NCBI GenBank assembly: GCA_951406725.2 | Contig: OX597822.1 | Location: forward strand, 52,390,001-52,454,000 | From: Octopus vulgaris | Lineage: Eukaryota | Direction: 5' to 3' | Length of the DNA: 64,000 nucleotides | Part shown: positions 39,951-52,197 of the stretch, in pieces | How the letters are laid out: each line of letters begins with the position of its first letter | How positions within the stretch are numbered: the stretch's first letter is position 1 | The notes under the pieces: generated by a model | What the model saw: only the letters and a program-made list of their open reading frames with translations | What the model was told of the DNA's origin: nothing | Database searches by the model: none | Program-made: the position numbers and the translations under genes

Positions 39951-39987
<37 letters not shown>

Positions 39988-40385
39988 ACACACACACACA
40001 CATTTATATATACATATGATTAAAAAGTAATATTCTGTTTATTCTCTGTTTTCTTTAAACTATGAATTATAGTCACAGATTTTTTCATTATTTTTTTTTC
40101 TTTTAGCTAAACAGTTTAAAACTTAGGATACTGGTTGAATGTGTCACGTAGAACAGGGTTTACTCTTAACGTTCTTGACAAAATTTTGTATTTTAGAAGT
40201 TATTTCGTGCTAAACTTGTCGTATTTGGGTAATTTTAGCCAATCAATGACGTGTGTTCAGCTGAAGAAAGTTACTGCTGTTTGCGAAAGTAATGGAAGAG
40301 CAACAACATCCGGGTCATCGGGTCATCTGTTTTGGACGTTGCATACTTATATGTACGTAAATACAGACACATGTATACGTATACG

Positions 40386-40428
<43 letters not shown>

Positions 40429-40563
40429 ATACACACACACACACACAGCAATACACACACATGCAACTTTTAGAACGCTGAGGAAAGGAAAGGTGGGTGA
40501 AGAATACATAGCTTTCAGGAGGGGGATTGTGAAGTTGACGACAGTTGTTTATGCTGTCCATCA

Positions 40564-40608
<45 letters not shown>

Positions 40609-40748
40609 ACACACACATACACATTCATATGTAAAGTTGATAAAACTCCGAATGGAAGCAAGGAAAAGGAGAGGGTTTAATAAATTAATATGCAGTGGTA
40701 GGGGGCTGGTAAGTTTATATAGAATGTCGTTCAGATCATCAACACACC

Positions 40749-40973
40749 TATTTCTTTATTGCCCACAAGGGGCTAAACATAGGGGGGACAAACAAGGACA
40801 GACAAAGGGATTAAGTCGATTACATCGACCCCAGTGCGTAACTGGTACTTAATTTATCGACGCCGAAAGGATGAAAGGCAAAGTAGACCTCGGCGGAATT
40901 TGAACTCAGAACGTAATGGGAGACGAAATACGGCTAAGCATTTCGCCCGGCGTGCTAACGTTTCTGCCAGCTC
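40749..40973 (-). mobile_element. SINE family B with TSD
   Basis: 9-bp TSD caacacacc at 40740-40748 and 40974-40982. Confidence 0.9.
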
Positions 40974-41010
40974 CAACACACCACCATTCTCTCCGTGTGT
41001 GTGTGTGTGT

Positions 41011-41092
<82 letters not shown>

Positions 41093-41562
41093 ATGTATTC
41101 GTTTGGCAAGATTCTCGATGTGAGATTTCACATGTGTTGAAACATATATTCTATTTGGGGATGGTCATGTTGCCAGTTTAGCCAATAAAAACACACGCAC
41201 AATATATTTGGTGTTAATTTGCTTCAACAAGAATGACGATTGTTGGGAGCCTTACATGCTCGAGATAAAAGAGCAAGCCAGCTCTGCGGGCAGAAACCAT
41301 ATTAGGAGATAAAAATGATTGTGAGACGAAACAGTAAAGATGAGAACCAGAGGTTTGAGTGTGTCTATAAATAATTCAGTTCAAATTAGTCGAGATATCT
41401 TTCTCAGGATCCCTTCCAGAATATGATTGCATATGTCAGCAGCACTACCCTTGATGCGTGAGCAGTACTTTATAGTGATCCTGCAGGTACTGAAATATAT
41501 TTGGAATCATAATTTAAAATAAACTCGTAAAATACACAGAAAATAACAAGAACGGTACGTAC

Positions 41563-41635
41563 CTTTGCCATAAGTTAATGGTGTGTAAACAGTTATGTTA
41601 AGGTGGCCTTGTATCGGTACAGTAGTTAGCTGACC
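41563..41635 (-). CDS. Gene B exon: GQLTTVPIQGHLNITVYTPLTYGK
   Basis: Acceptor ttttctattacAG, donor AAG|GTACGT; 73 nt, phase 0 to 1; joins to give TYGKGSMAALG. Confidence 0.85.
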
Positions 41636-41936
41636 CTGTAATAGAAAATGTATTGGCGATTAAATGTCATACATTGTTAATAACAGCAATTGTTTCAAAT
41701 TTTGGCTCATGGTCACCACTTTTAGAGGATAGACTTTAATCAATTACAGTGACCCAACTAAATCTTCTTTTATCGGCACCGAAACGATGAAAGACAAAGT
41801 TGTCCTCAGCGGAATTTGAACTCGGAAGAAATGCAGCTGAGTATTTCGTCTGCGCGCTAACGATTCGGCCAGCTCTACGCCAAATTAATAATTATTTGTA
41901 CTATATGCAAAAGGTCTGAAATTTGGGGTAAGGAAT

Positions 41937-43830
41937 GAGATTTTTAGTATTTGAGAAAGCAATCCTTACTTTATGCGAATTTATAGTCGAGTAATATCTT
42001 GAATTTCTGGGAAAGTTCCTGGCAATGGCTTGGCGAAACTGTAAAGGGAGGTTAGATCCGATTTGCAGTTTAGATCCCTTTACAGTTTCGCCAAGCTATT
42101 GCCAGGAACTTTCCCAGAAATTCGAGATATTACTCCACTATAAATTCGCATAAAGTAAGGATTGCTTTCTCAAATACTAAAAATCTCTCACAGATAATTG
42201 CCTCCTATAACAATAAGCTGCTAAATAAGGTCTCGTCACCCATGAGCAGAGACACCGCCCTGTCAAATTCCAATATAACATATAGTAATAATAATAATAA
42301 CAGAAATAGCACAGATACTAGCCGCCTTCTTACCAGCATTGGCGTTGTTAATAGTAATAAGGATAAGAGCACTGGCCTGGTTATTAACGGAGGGGGTCTC
42401 AGCAATAATAGTAGCAGCGTTTTTAACAACAGTAGCTTTACGGACAATAACAATCACAGCATTCCCATAAACAGGGAATGTGCAGGTAATATTGCCTTAA
42501 ATAGTAATGAAAATAGGTTGAATAGTATCGAGTCCAGCAGTAATTTTTACAACCATCATAGAAATAAGAACGCTGTATTAGTATCAGAAACTAATCCCAA
42601 TAGATTAAGGTTCCTATCAAATAACTCCAAAATTAGAAACATCACTTACCAGTGCAAAATTTCTACTGGATCCGATGTCTACCTCTATATAGGGGCAACC
42701 TCCTTGAAATTAGCCACAAGGATATCAAATCATTTTTCCACGTTTCGTGATAACAGTAAACAGCACGCCACGGGGCTAAGCAAATTAGTCTGGCGTTTGA
42801 AGTACGCAAATTCAACTTTTAAGCTGGAATGGTCAATATTATCGGTGTCCTTACCGTTTGATAAGGGCAGAAAAATCTGTGCCCTCTGTAATTCCGAACT
42901 CTTTCATATTCTGTTTGCCCGAGGCCAAGTAATAAACTCGATTGTCGAACGATCTTTCAGATGCCTTCACTGGAAAAAGCATACCTTTCACTCATACCAA
43001 TGAAGTCTAATATAGATAACCCCTGGACTTCCTATTAAATTAATTTGTGATTTCTCATCCTTTTAGTTTATAAGACTTTCTCATAATTGCTAAGAACACT
43101 ACCAATTCCAGCAGTGACCTTCTCTCTTGTCATTATTATTGTGGCTCTTTCTACCCTCTCCCTCTTAAGTTGACACATTCGAACACACAGACACAGTCTT
43201 TTCACCTCTTGACCGCTAATTCTTTTTCTCTGCCTTCTACACACACATTCACTCAGTCACAGACACACATACACACACATTAAGGCAAATTTACACACTC
43301 ATACATACGAGCACTCATTCATAAAATAATTCAAATATAAACACCAGTCATACAGAATACATTCCCTCACTTTAGTTTTCCTTTACCTTCCTTCACCAAC
43401 CCTGATTGAACCCTATTTTAACTGACATTTTCTCCTACTTTCAACCAATCTGGCGTCATCCCCTATAAATAGACACTATTTATCATTATCTCTATGGGCT
43501 CCTAGTGAGCAGTCATCGAAAAACTTGTGCATCTTGTTGGAGATTTAAGTTCTTGGTTTTTCCTGAAGAGAAAGCTGCATAATGGACTCCTTATTCATTC
43601 GGAATTAGGGATTTTGCAGACTTCGAAACATATATCGAAAATAAAATAAAGGAACTTTGTTAAATCTTCGTTCACCTCCATTCTTTCCTATACTTAATAT
43701 ATTAAATTAAACTTCAAATTTCCGCACTAAGGCACGGATTTTATGCCCTATGGTCGTAACTTCAACCGTGCTTTTTCTGTTGTGAGTTTGCTACCCAGGT
43801 ATCGGTTATCTTTCGAATTATCCGTAATAA
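41937..43830 (+). mobile_element. 5'-truncated Penelope-like element (GIY-YIG endonuclease) with inverted 5' end
   Basis: Stop-free frame 42074-43003: FPRNSRYYSTINSHKVRIAFS.TKNL.QII, ITYQC...YIGAT, R..NH...F, CALCNSE, CLH; 113-bp inverted arms; hammerhead motif downstream. Confidence 0.88.
43549..43655 (+). ncRNA. Hammerhead ribozyme motif in the Penelope 3' region
   Basis: CTGAAGA at 43563-43569, long stem II (gaaagctgca / tgcagacttc), GAAAC at 43625-43629, short palindromic stem III. Confidence 0.55.
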
Positions 43831-43849
43831 GATAATTCATTTGTCTACT

Positions 43850-43922
<73 letters not shown>

Positions 43923-43939
43923 ATGTATATATATATATA

Positions 43940-44310
43940 TGGCCTTTGAACAATTTTGAAAAGAACACAATCAATACGTTTGAAATTCGGGTGTAAAGGA
44001 AAATGTTACGAGTTTCCTATAAGGACCATCGGACAAATGGCTGGGTTAACAACTACTAAATTTGTGAAAAACTCAAAAGCTCGTTTATTATGTCCATATT
44101 CGAAGAAGCAACGGTTTGGAAAACATTATCATGGAAGGGAGAGTAAAGAGCAGTAGAGTAAGAGGTAATCAAAGAATGCAATGGATAGAGAATATCAAGA
44201 GCTGGTTCTACAAGAATGGCAAGACCGCCGGAGAACTCGCGCTTAATGGGGTAAACTTTCGTTGTAGTGAATTCAATGCACTGCAGGCGTATGATACAAT
44301 ACGACGACGA
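43940..44310 (+). mobile_element. RTE LINE 3' fragment
   Basis: KLVYYVHIRR..GLENIIMEGRVKSSRVRG.QRMQWIENIKSW; (ACG)n tail. Confidence 0.7.
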
Positions 44311-45110
44311 TATATGTAAATATACAGAAGTTAACCTATTAACAGCATTTCATAAACTGGTGAAACACTGAGAGATTCTGAATTGTTTCATTTAACGTTT
44401 GATTCATTAGTATGACGGATGGCATTAACCTCGGTGTTTTACCTTGACCAACTGAGTAATAGGTAGCGACCTTAGAGACTAGAGTACAGATATTATGTTT
44501 TTATGCTACTTCGAGATGATGAAGCTGTTTGTTCATAGATGATTAATAAAATGTATGTGCGAGAGAGAAAAAAAAGGAAGTAGAAAGAAAAGAAATTAGG
44601 GAAAAAGAGAGAAAGAAAGCAATAACTGTACCTGATGGCGATCATATTTCTAGTCGCAGAGTCACAACGAATAAAATTTTCTACCTCTGTTTAAAATAGA
44701 CTGGCAAATTACCCTCATTCTATTTGCCCACTACGTTTTAAACTAACATCAGTCACATACATCATTCTAGCAGATAAAAAACTATTGGGTGACACAAACA
44801 ATAGAACTGCATTATAGACACTTTCGTTGATGGACTCAATTCTGGTTGCCTGGTTTTAGAGTGCGTTCTTATCTGCATCGGCTCAGTTCCAAGTATTCTA
44901 GAAAGAACAAGGGTCTTAGGCTAACTTGATATCCAGATTCGATGCTGTCTACTTTCTTCAAACCATGTATTGTGGTTTCTTCTTCCCTTTTAGTTATCAC
45001 TCTCAGATGATGTCCAATGATACATGTCATAGTTACTACCCCTTCTTTCCAGCAGTAAGCCATTGCAAAAATAAAAGTTATATACAACAATATACTGAAT
45101 GAGTTCTTAC

Positions 45111-45275
45111 CACATATTGAGAGCCTAGTTGAACTTTGAGTTCTTTTTTCTTAAGAGCTGCAGACAGTAGATTCAGAGCGTCTATTAACGATGTTCGTTT
45201 TCCTTTTCCTCCATTAAAATTGACTGGTTCAGTGACATCAAACTGAATTCTGTAGCCTTTCACTGCGTCTAAAAG
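45111..45275 (-). CDS. Gene B exon: LLDAVKGYRIQFDVTEPVNFNGGKGKRTSLIDALNLLSAALKKKELKVQLGSQYV
   Basis: Acceptor atgtttcAG at 45276-45277, donor GTAAGA; 165 nt, phase 0 to 0. Confidence 0.85.
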
Positions 45276-46492
45276 CTGAAACATTCAATAAGAGAAATAT
45301 TTTGTAGGAAACTGAAATACAAAAGAGATTAACTTTTTCCAACTGTAAACTCTAATGTAATTCGATAAATCGTTTTAAAATGAACAGCTTTCAGATGTTC
45401 TGTGCAATGGCTTCATTGCAGTAACAATCTAAAACAGCCACAGCTTTTCATTGTGTTGACACTATTGAGTTTTTCAAGCCTATTATTATTCTAAAAACAA
45501 CTTATGGCTTCAACACGAACATCGATGTATAAAATCTTCTTGATAAATATAAATATGAATTAAAAAAAAAACTCAAACACAGAAATATACAGAAGGTCAA
45601 AAGCAATATTATTCTGGAACAATTTTTGTGACGTGATTGCTTTGTGCAACCGAGCTTGGTTTCTGAGTTTTGTTTTTGTTTTACTTGTGTCTGTTTGCAT
45701 TTGTTTTGAAATACTTCGGCGTAATATGTGCGCAGTACCTAAAAGGTGTTATTTTGTTTGTATGTTGTGTATGTAAATCCAGATGTTTTGGTAAGGCATT
45801 GGTACTTCATTAACATTCACAAGACACCTATTTTGTGAGATCATTTCCTATTTCAATCCGAACATTCTGGTTGTCTCTATTCCCAGGCATTTGTATTTGG
45901 AGAGTTCTTCATTTTGTTTAAGGATATAGAGCGTTGTCGTATGTTAAAATTGACACATCAATTGACACATTTGACTTCTTGACAGTATTTGACATAACAT
46001 TTAGAAGTTTTTTACTAATCTTCTTGTTACTTTTTTGTATCATGTTTAGCTTAATTTACCTATGTTTTAGTTGAGAATATTAAACTTTAGGCGTAGGAGT
46101 GGCTGTGTGGTAAGTAGCTTGCTTACCTACCACATGGTTCCGGCTTCATTACCACTGCGTGGCACCTTGGACAATTGATATGTCCCACAGTATGGTCAAC
46201 TGTCGTTATCTGAGACATTTTGTGATGCCTTTGTACCCACGTTTCTGTGGATATCTCGTAATACAGGCATAATTCATAGCGTAGGAACGCTCCTACTTTA
46301 AAATGATTGTATGTGTATGTGTGTGTGTGCGCGCGCGCGTGGGTGGGTGTATTCCCTTTTGGCTCAGATTGTGCAACCAGAAAAAAAAAATTTGTTTTTC
46401 CGCAACTTCCACATATTCTTTTATTCTTTTAAACGCTTCAGCCCCGAGGCTGTGGCCATGCTGGAGCACCACCAGTGAAAACTATAGCGTAG

Positions 46493-46532
46493 CCACGCCG
46501 GGAATCGAACCCGGGCCGCCTGGGTGAAAGCC
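46493..46532 (-). pseudogene. 3' half of tRNA-Glu(TTC), fused to a SINE-type tail
   Basis: GGCTTTCACCCAGGCGGCCCGGGTTCGATTCCCGGCGTGG matches the anticodon loop, T arm and acceptor side of metazoan tRNA-Glu; 5' half absent. Confidence 0.7.
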
Positions 46533-46969
46533 GCATTTACGTACGTTCTGCATTCTCAGTCATTGCTGAGTTCTTTTTATCAACCTCTGTTATTTTTTTT
46601 TGTTGTTATGTTCGTTTCAGTCTTCTAGCGTAGCTGTGACTTTTCTTACCAACTATATTTTCAGCTTAGTTTCTTCACAATGTCTGTTATCATTTGCTCA
46701 TTCACTTCACAACTCTTTCTTACATCTCAGCTTTTGTGTTATATTCCTTGGCTTCCGTGAAAACAGAAAACACTTCATTCTTTTATTCATATTTTGTAAC
46801 TATTAGATTTTCTTTATACTTCCCTAGATATATTTGCATCATACGATAAATACTTTATGATAAATATATAGCAACAACAGACTCGTTCTGTGTTCATAGT
46901 CTGTAAATGCAATTATAAATTTTGTATCATGTTTAGCTTAATTTGTTTTAGTTGAGAATGTTAAACTTT

Positions 46970-47770
46970 AGGCGTAGGAGTGGCTGTGTGGTAAGTAGCT
47001 TGCTTACCAACCACATGGTTCCGGGTTCAGTCCCACTGCGTGGTACCTTGGGCAAGTTTCTTCTACTATAACTTCGGGCCGACCAAAACCTTGTGAGTGG
47101 GTTTGGTAGACGGAAACTAAAAGAAGCCCGTCGTATATACCACTTTTCTCCTCTTTTGTACGGCCACACCTCGAATATTGCTGCCCACTGTGGTCTCTCC
47201 ATACAAGACAAAACATCTCCAGGATTGAGTCACCCCAGAGGGCACTCACTAAACGAATTGAAGGCATGGCTGCTCTCGATTATTGGGATCGCCTTAAAGC
47301 CTTGAAACTTTACTCTCTCCAGCGTCGCCGTGAGCGGTACATCATTTGTACGATGTGGAGAATATACCGCCAACTTTGCCCAAACGGCCTTAACATTAGC
47401 TTCAAGGTTCATCCAAGACTGGGACCACAGGCCATACGTCCCCTGCCCAATTCAAGATCACAGCATACATGTACACTGCAACATAATTTCTTTTCCTCAA
47501 CAGGCCCTGCCCTATTTAACATTGTCCCGAGGGAGATCAAAGAGGAAAAGGATCCCATCAACTTTAAACGGAGCCTGGATAGATTCCTTCAAAGAATACC
47601 AGATTAGCCACCCATAATTGGATACAACTCACCCAACAAGAACTCTCTACTTGAATGGACCATAAACAAAACTTGACTTAAATAGGATTCGAATAATCCT
47701 ATCAGGTGGTGCTACTAAGTTAGACATGGCCTGGACCAATCTTTGGTCGAAACATATCTAAGTTTATCTA

Positions 47771-47816
<46 letters not shown>

Positions 47817-48036
47817 TGTGTGTGTGTGTGTATGTGTATTTGTGTGTCTGTGTTTGTCTCCCCAACATCGCTTGACAACCGATGCTGGTGTGTTTACGTC
47901 CCCGTAACTTAGCGGTTCGGCAAAAGAGACCGATAGAATAAGTACTAGGCTTACAAAGAATAAGTCCTGGGGTCGATTTGCTCGACTAAAGGCGGTGCTC
48001 CAGCATGGCCACAGTCAAATGTCTGAAACAAGTAAA
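46970..48036 (+). mobile_element. SINE family A split by a CR1 insertion
   Basis: 5' half to about 47136, 3' half from about 47815. Confidence 0.85.
47137..47775 (+). mobile_element. CR1-clade LINE 3' fragment
   Basis: VRPHLEYCCPLWSP, LDYWDRLKALKLYSLQRRRERY, GPALFN, FKRSLDRFL; short tandem tail. Confidence 0.88.
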
Positions 48037-48303
48037 ATTTTCCTAGTTCATTAATTTCTAAGAATTTGTAAATCTGTTTTGCATTTAAATCTCCTATCAT
48101 TAATGGTTTTGTTTTTTGTTCTATTATTGTTTTGTTTTTTAAATTTTTTTCTTATTTAACTTGATATTATTCTTAAATAATATTCCTTTCTTCAATGTCG
48201 TTTTGGTATATGGTTTCCAAACAGAATAGCGTGTCAATTCTTCTACTGAATCCACGGAGTCCGTATACCAGTGTTTTCATTCGTAGCGTGCAGGATAACG
48301 TCA

Positions 48304-48743
48304 TCTCTCTATATATAAACGGCAGTTTGTCTGTCTGTGTGTCTGTGTGTCTGTCAGGTTGTACCCTCACCCTGACCACGGCTTTCAACCGGTTCTGATG
48401 AAACTTGACACACACATAGCCCAATGTCATAATTCAAAACTAACGCAGTGAAAATTTTGAAATGATCCCCCAGTTCTGAAAAAAATCGATACATTCGACA
48501 TTGGCTCGAGAATCTAAGCTTTTTATATGCAGCACATTTTCTGTCTAGGAGACACAACTCGACCATTTTATCGCCCAAAGGGACAGCTAGGAACATCGTA
48601 TACACAGAAGTATTCGAGTGAAGAGAAGACATTGCAACCTACACATGCGCCTTTGTTCCCTATAGGGAAAGGACTAGATTGGGATTAGTCGTTGCCTACT
48701 AGGGGCTCTTACATACCCGGGCAACGCCGGGCTATGCTACTAG
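48304..48743 (+). mobile_element. Non-autonomous Helitron
   Basis: 5' TCTCTCTATATATAAA after A; 3' hairpin CCCGGGCAACGCCGGG at 48716-48731, then CTAG followed by T. Confidence 0.85.
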
Positions 48744-49914
48744 TTTGTATATAAAGGAATGTTGACTGTCCGCCACTGCATACGAATCCATTTTGGTCAA
48801 GTATACTAGTTTAAAGGTGCTAAATCTAAGCAGAAAATTATTGAAGAGAGGAAGATCCCTATCTTCATTTCTAATGAAGATAGGATTTGTTTCGTAATTC
48901 TGTTTTGGGGATGCGGTCTGTAAAACTGCTATTTTTCACGGGATATTTTATGTACTTGCTTATTATTTATGCACCCTTACTTATGGCTAATATGACTAAA
49001 ATCCATTTTGTGAGATGGACGTCAAAATCCTTTTAACAATCAATTTACGCCATGATCAAATCTTTGTCTCCTTCTTTAATATTTATTAATGGATTGGTTA
49101 ATCAATAACTGATCTTCACAACATTAAGGGCTTGTACAGGCATTATTCCCTCTGATCTTCTGGCGCTGTGTTGATTTTTTTTTTATTATAATTTAGCTTT
49201 TTTGCCGTTTCCAGGTAACCGTAATATTAAATTTTTTTAATATAACGTATGTAATCAGTGTATAAGACTGTAGTTCTTGTTCTTGTTATTTAGCTCGATA
49301 TAACAACAAGGTCGAGAAGACATCTAAACAAAACATTCACTCTGTGGCCATCCACTCGTTTTAGTACCTAGGATTGCATTAATTAATGTTACGTCCGTTT
49401 TTTTAAAGATGTTCAGGTGTGATTCAAAAGGTATTTGGCCGCTATTTCTAACAGTTTGAGTGACCGGGTACAGCTGCTGTTCTCTTCTTCTTCTTCTTCT
49501 TCTTCTTCTTCTTCTTCTTTCAATCAAGACTCACGCCATTAGCCACAAAGAATAATCTCTAATTCGAGCCTACTCTAAGCTACGAAGAATGCGTGTGGCA
49601 ACTTGAAAATCCACCCACCACACGCGATAGACTGGCGGTTGCACGGGCGCGAAAGCTACGTTGTTATCCTAATTCCGTAAATAGTGGATTTTAACGGATA
49701 GAGAGCTGAACCATCCTGGGGTACAGAAGTTTCGCAATCTAGACTAGGGTCTGAAAGTTTACCACACCATAATGGGTTACACCATGTTTCCTCTGCTTTG
49801 TGGCAGAAGTAGGAAGAAAGAGTGAGAGAAAGTTGTGGTGAAAGAGTACAACGGGGTTCACCACTCCCTTTCCACCGGAGGCTCGTGGATCTTAGGTGTT
49901 TTTGCTCAATGTAC

Positions 49915-50091
49915 TCCCGGTCATTTCGGCCCGCACGGTTCCTCCGATGGTGCTCTTCGCCGTGTGTCCGAGGCGGCCGGTGCGTTCACTGTGAAAAAAA
50001 TTAGAGGGCCAGAGCGACCTCCGCCGGCTTGCATACGAAAAGCCTATTTCTCTAACCCTAACCCTAGAGAAGCAAAGGAAAAGTTGATATC
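49915..50091 (+). repeat. GC-rich block ending in CTAACCCTAACCCTA, copy 1 (inside a SINE C)
   Basis: About 12 differences from the reverse complement of 50783-50959. Confidence 0.85.
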
Positions 50092-50782
50092 ATAATGCCC
50101 GGCCTGGGAATCGAAACCGCGTTCTTACGACCACGAGGCCGCTGCCCTAACCATTGCGCCTCCACTGCTGTTGTTGTAGTCATTCTTAATGTTGTTCTTC
50201 AACTCCATTTCAGCTTCTGATTGAGTATTCCTATGATCACAGTTGCAACGGCCTTGACCATCGCGTCTTTTATTCAGACACTATACTTAAAACTATATTA
50301 TTTCAGAATATAGTTCTCGGAACATTAAAACTTTCCATGGTGACAGATTCTTTGCAAGAGCTTCTTGTTTCATGCATTCTTCGATTTTGGATAATTCAAT
50401 TTTTGTAGTTTTCCCAATAGTATTTTCCGCCTCTACCTTTTTATTGCCAGTTGATTTTTGTCTGTTTTTTGTTTTTTTTCTAGTTGTTGATTTCATTCAG
50501 GATTTCGAAAGTCTTTCATTATACTTTTTTATTTTCCAGTCTTTCTTTTCCAGGCTGTTTGCAATCCGAGTTATTTTGAAGAACTCTCTTTGTTTATTTC
50601 TCTAGTTTACTCATAGATTCCTTGTTATATTCTAGTTCTCTGAATGTTTCACTTTGTGCGCCGGAGCTAGGGCTGTATTATTTATTACTGTACGGCGGTA
50701 AACTAGCAGAGTCGTTAGAGCGTTGGCCAAAACGCTTTGCAGTATTGGTTCCGGCTCTCTACGTTCTAAGTTCAATTCTGTC

Positions 50783-51024
50783 GATATCAACTTTTCCTTT
50801 ACTTCTCTAGGGTTAGGGTTAGAGAAATAGACTTTTCGTATGCAAGCCGGCGGAGCTCGCTCTGAGCACTCTAATTTTTTCACAGTGAACGTACCGGCCA
50901 CCTCGGACACTCGGCGAAGAGCACCCTCGGAGGAACCGTGTGGGCCGAAACGACCGGGAAGTGGACGTGCTACCGCAACGCGAACGGCGACGCCCGACGA
51001 CGCCTGCCTCGTAGCTCCCGCACC
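50783..51024 (-). repeat. GC-rich block with telomere-like repeat, copy 2 (inside a SINE B)
   Basis: Inverted relative to copy 1 and about 65 bp longer. Confidence 0.85.
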
Positions 51025-51904
51025 GATAAAATAAACTACCGGTCAAATACTAGAATCGACTTTAACAGTTAAACCCTCCCCTCAAAATTGTTGCCGTTAT
51101 ACCTTAATTTAGAAGCCATTATTCATCGACTTTTCTACTTTATTACTAAGTTTATTTTAAACTGCTTTTCCGTCAGTGTATAGACAGATTTAATCCTTCA
51201 ATCATCTTCACATCTAAGTTACTATCGCATTCGAACTTTCTGTCACAACCTTCAAATCATCATTATTAGTTTAACACCGACTTTTCCAATTCGTGTCAAA
51301 GAGGTAGCTGGATATACTGAAAGTTCGACTTCCATTTAGGAATAACATGGATCCGGCACGCTGTCAGGCCACTGATTGTATGGAATCATAGATCTCATTA
51401 AAGAAAATTACCATGAAATAAACTATGAGGAGTTCTGTGAGAGCAACTGGGGATACCCACACCATTTTCTGCGATCATTTTCTCCAAAATGTGCTGCTGA
51501 CCCAGCACAGGCCTTCCTCATTATCAACAAATCATCAGTTCACTACAGCTGTTATAACAACTCATCTCACAAGAAACTCAAGCGTAAGAACTAAATTTTT
51601 TCTATAGAAGTGTTGGCCCCTCATAGGTCGAAATCGTCGCGTAAATCTATCATACGGGTAAGTGTGTGCATATGTGTATGTGTGTTCCATATAGTAGATG
51701 TACAGGGAAAGACTTTAATACTTAATTTTATATAGACACATGGTATCATTGCAAAACAACAGTAAAGCAAAAGTAAATATAGCAATGAAAACATGTTTTT
51801 AACGATGACTACAGTAACTCCCTCTCTCTCTCCTCTTTCTCTTTTTCCCCTCTCCCCCTCTCTCTCTCTCCTCTTTCTCTCCCCCCTCTCTCTCTCTCTC
51901 TTTC

Positions 51905-51938
<34 letters not shown>

Positions 51939-51995
51939 TACATATGTGTGTGTATCTATGTATAGTTTTATGTATGCATTATGTATGTGTGTTCG

Positions 51996-52026
<31 letters not shown>

Positions 52027-52087
52027 ATATGTATGTATATATGTATATATGTATTAAAGGGTGCAATATCAAAGTTAAAATACATAC

Positions 52088-52197
52088 CTGAAGTTTCTGG
52101 ATTCTCAATGGAGATAATTTCATTATTGAAATTAAAGCAGTAGTTAGGCGAAGTTTAAACTGAGAGGCGTGTAAGTCCACTATTATTTTGTATTGTT
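52088..52197 (-). CDS. Gene B exon: (E)QYKIIVDLHASQFKLRLTTALISIMKLSPLRIQKLQ
   Basis: Acceptor cttttttcttttAG at 52198-52199, donor CAG|GTATGT; 110 nt, phase 1 to 0. Confidence 0.88.

Larger units (their letters stand above)
45690..50640 (-). mobile_element. Fragmented fossil R4/Dong-like (RLE-type) non-LTR retrotransposon with younger elements nested inside
   Basis: Collinear traces: DLIMA*IDC*KDFD...WIL near 49000 (RT), then EELSKYKCLGIETTRMFGLK and LLGTAHILRRSIS at 45700-45920 (RLE end). Confidence 0.55.

Noticed and set aside
50045-50070. CTAACCCTAAC as a telomerase RNA template
   Set aside because: No recognisable pseudoknot downstream; it runs straight into SINE-like sequence; two diverged copies
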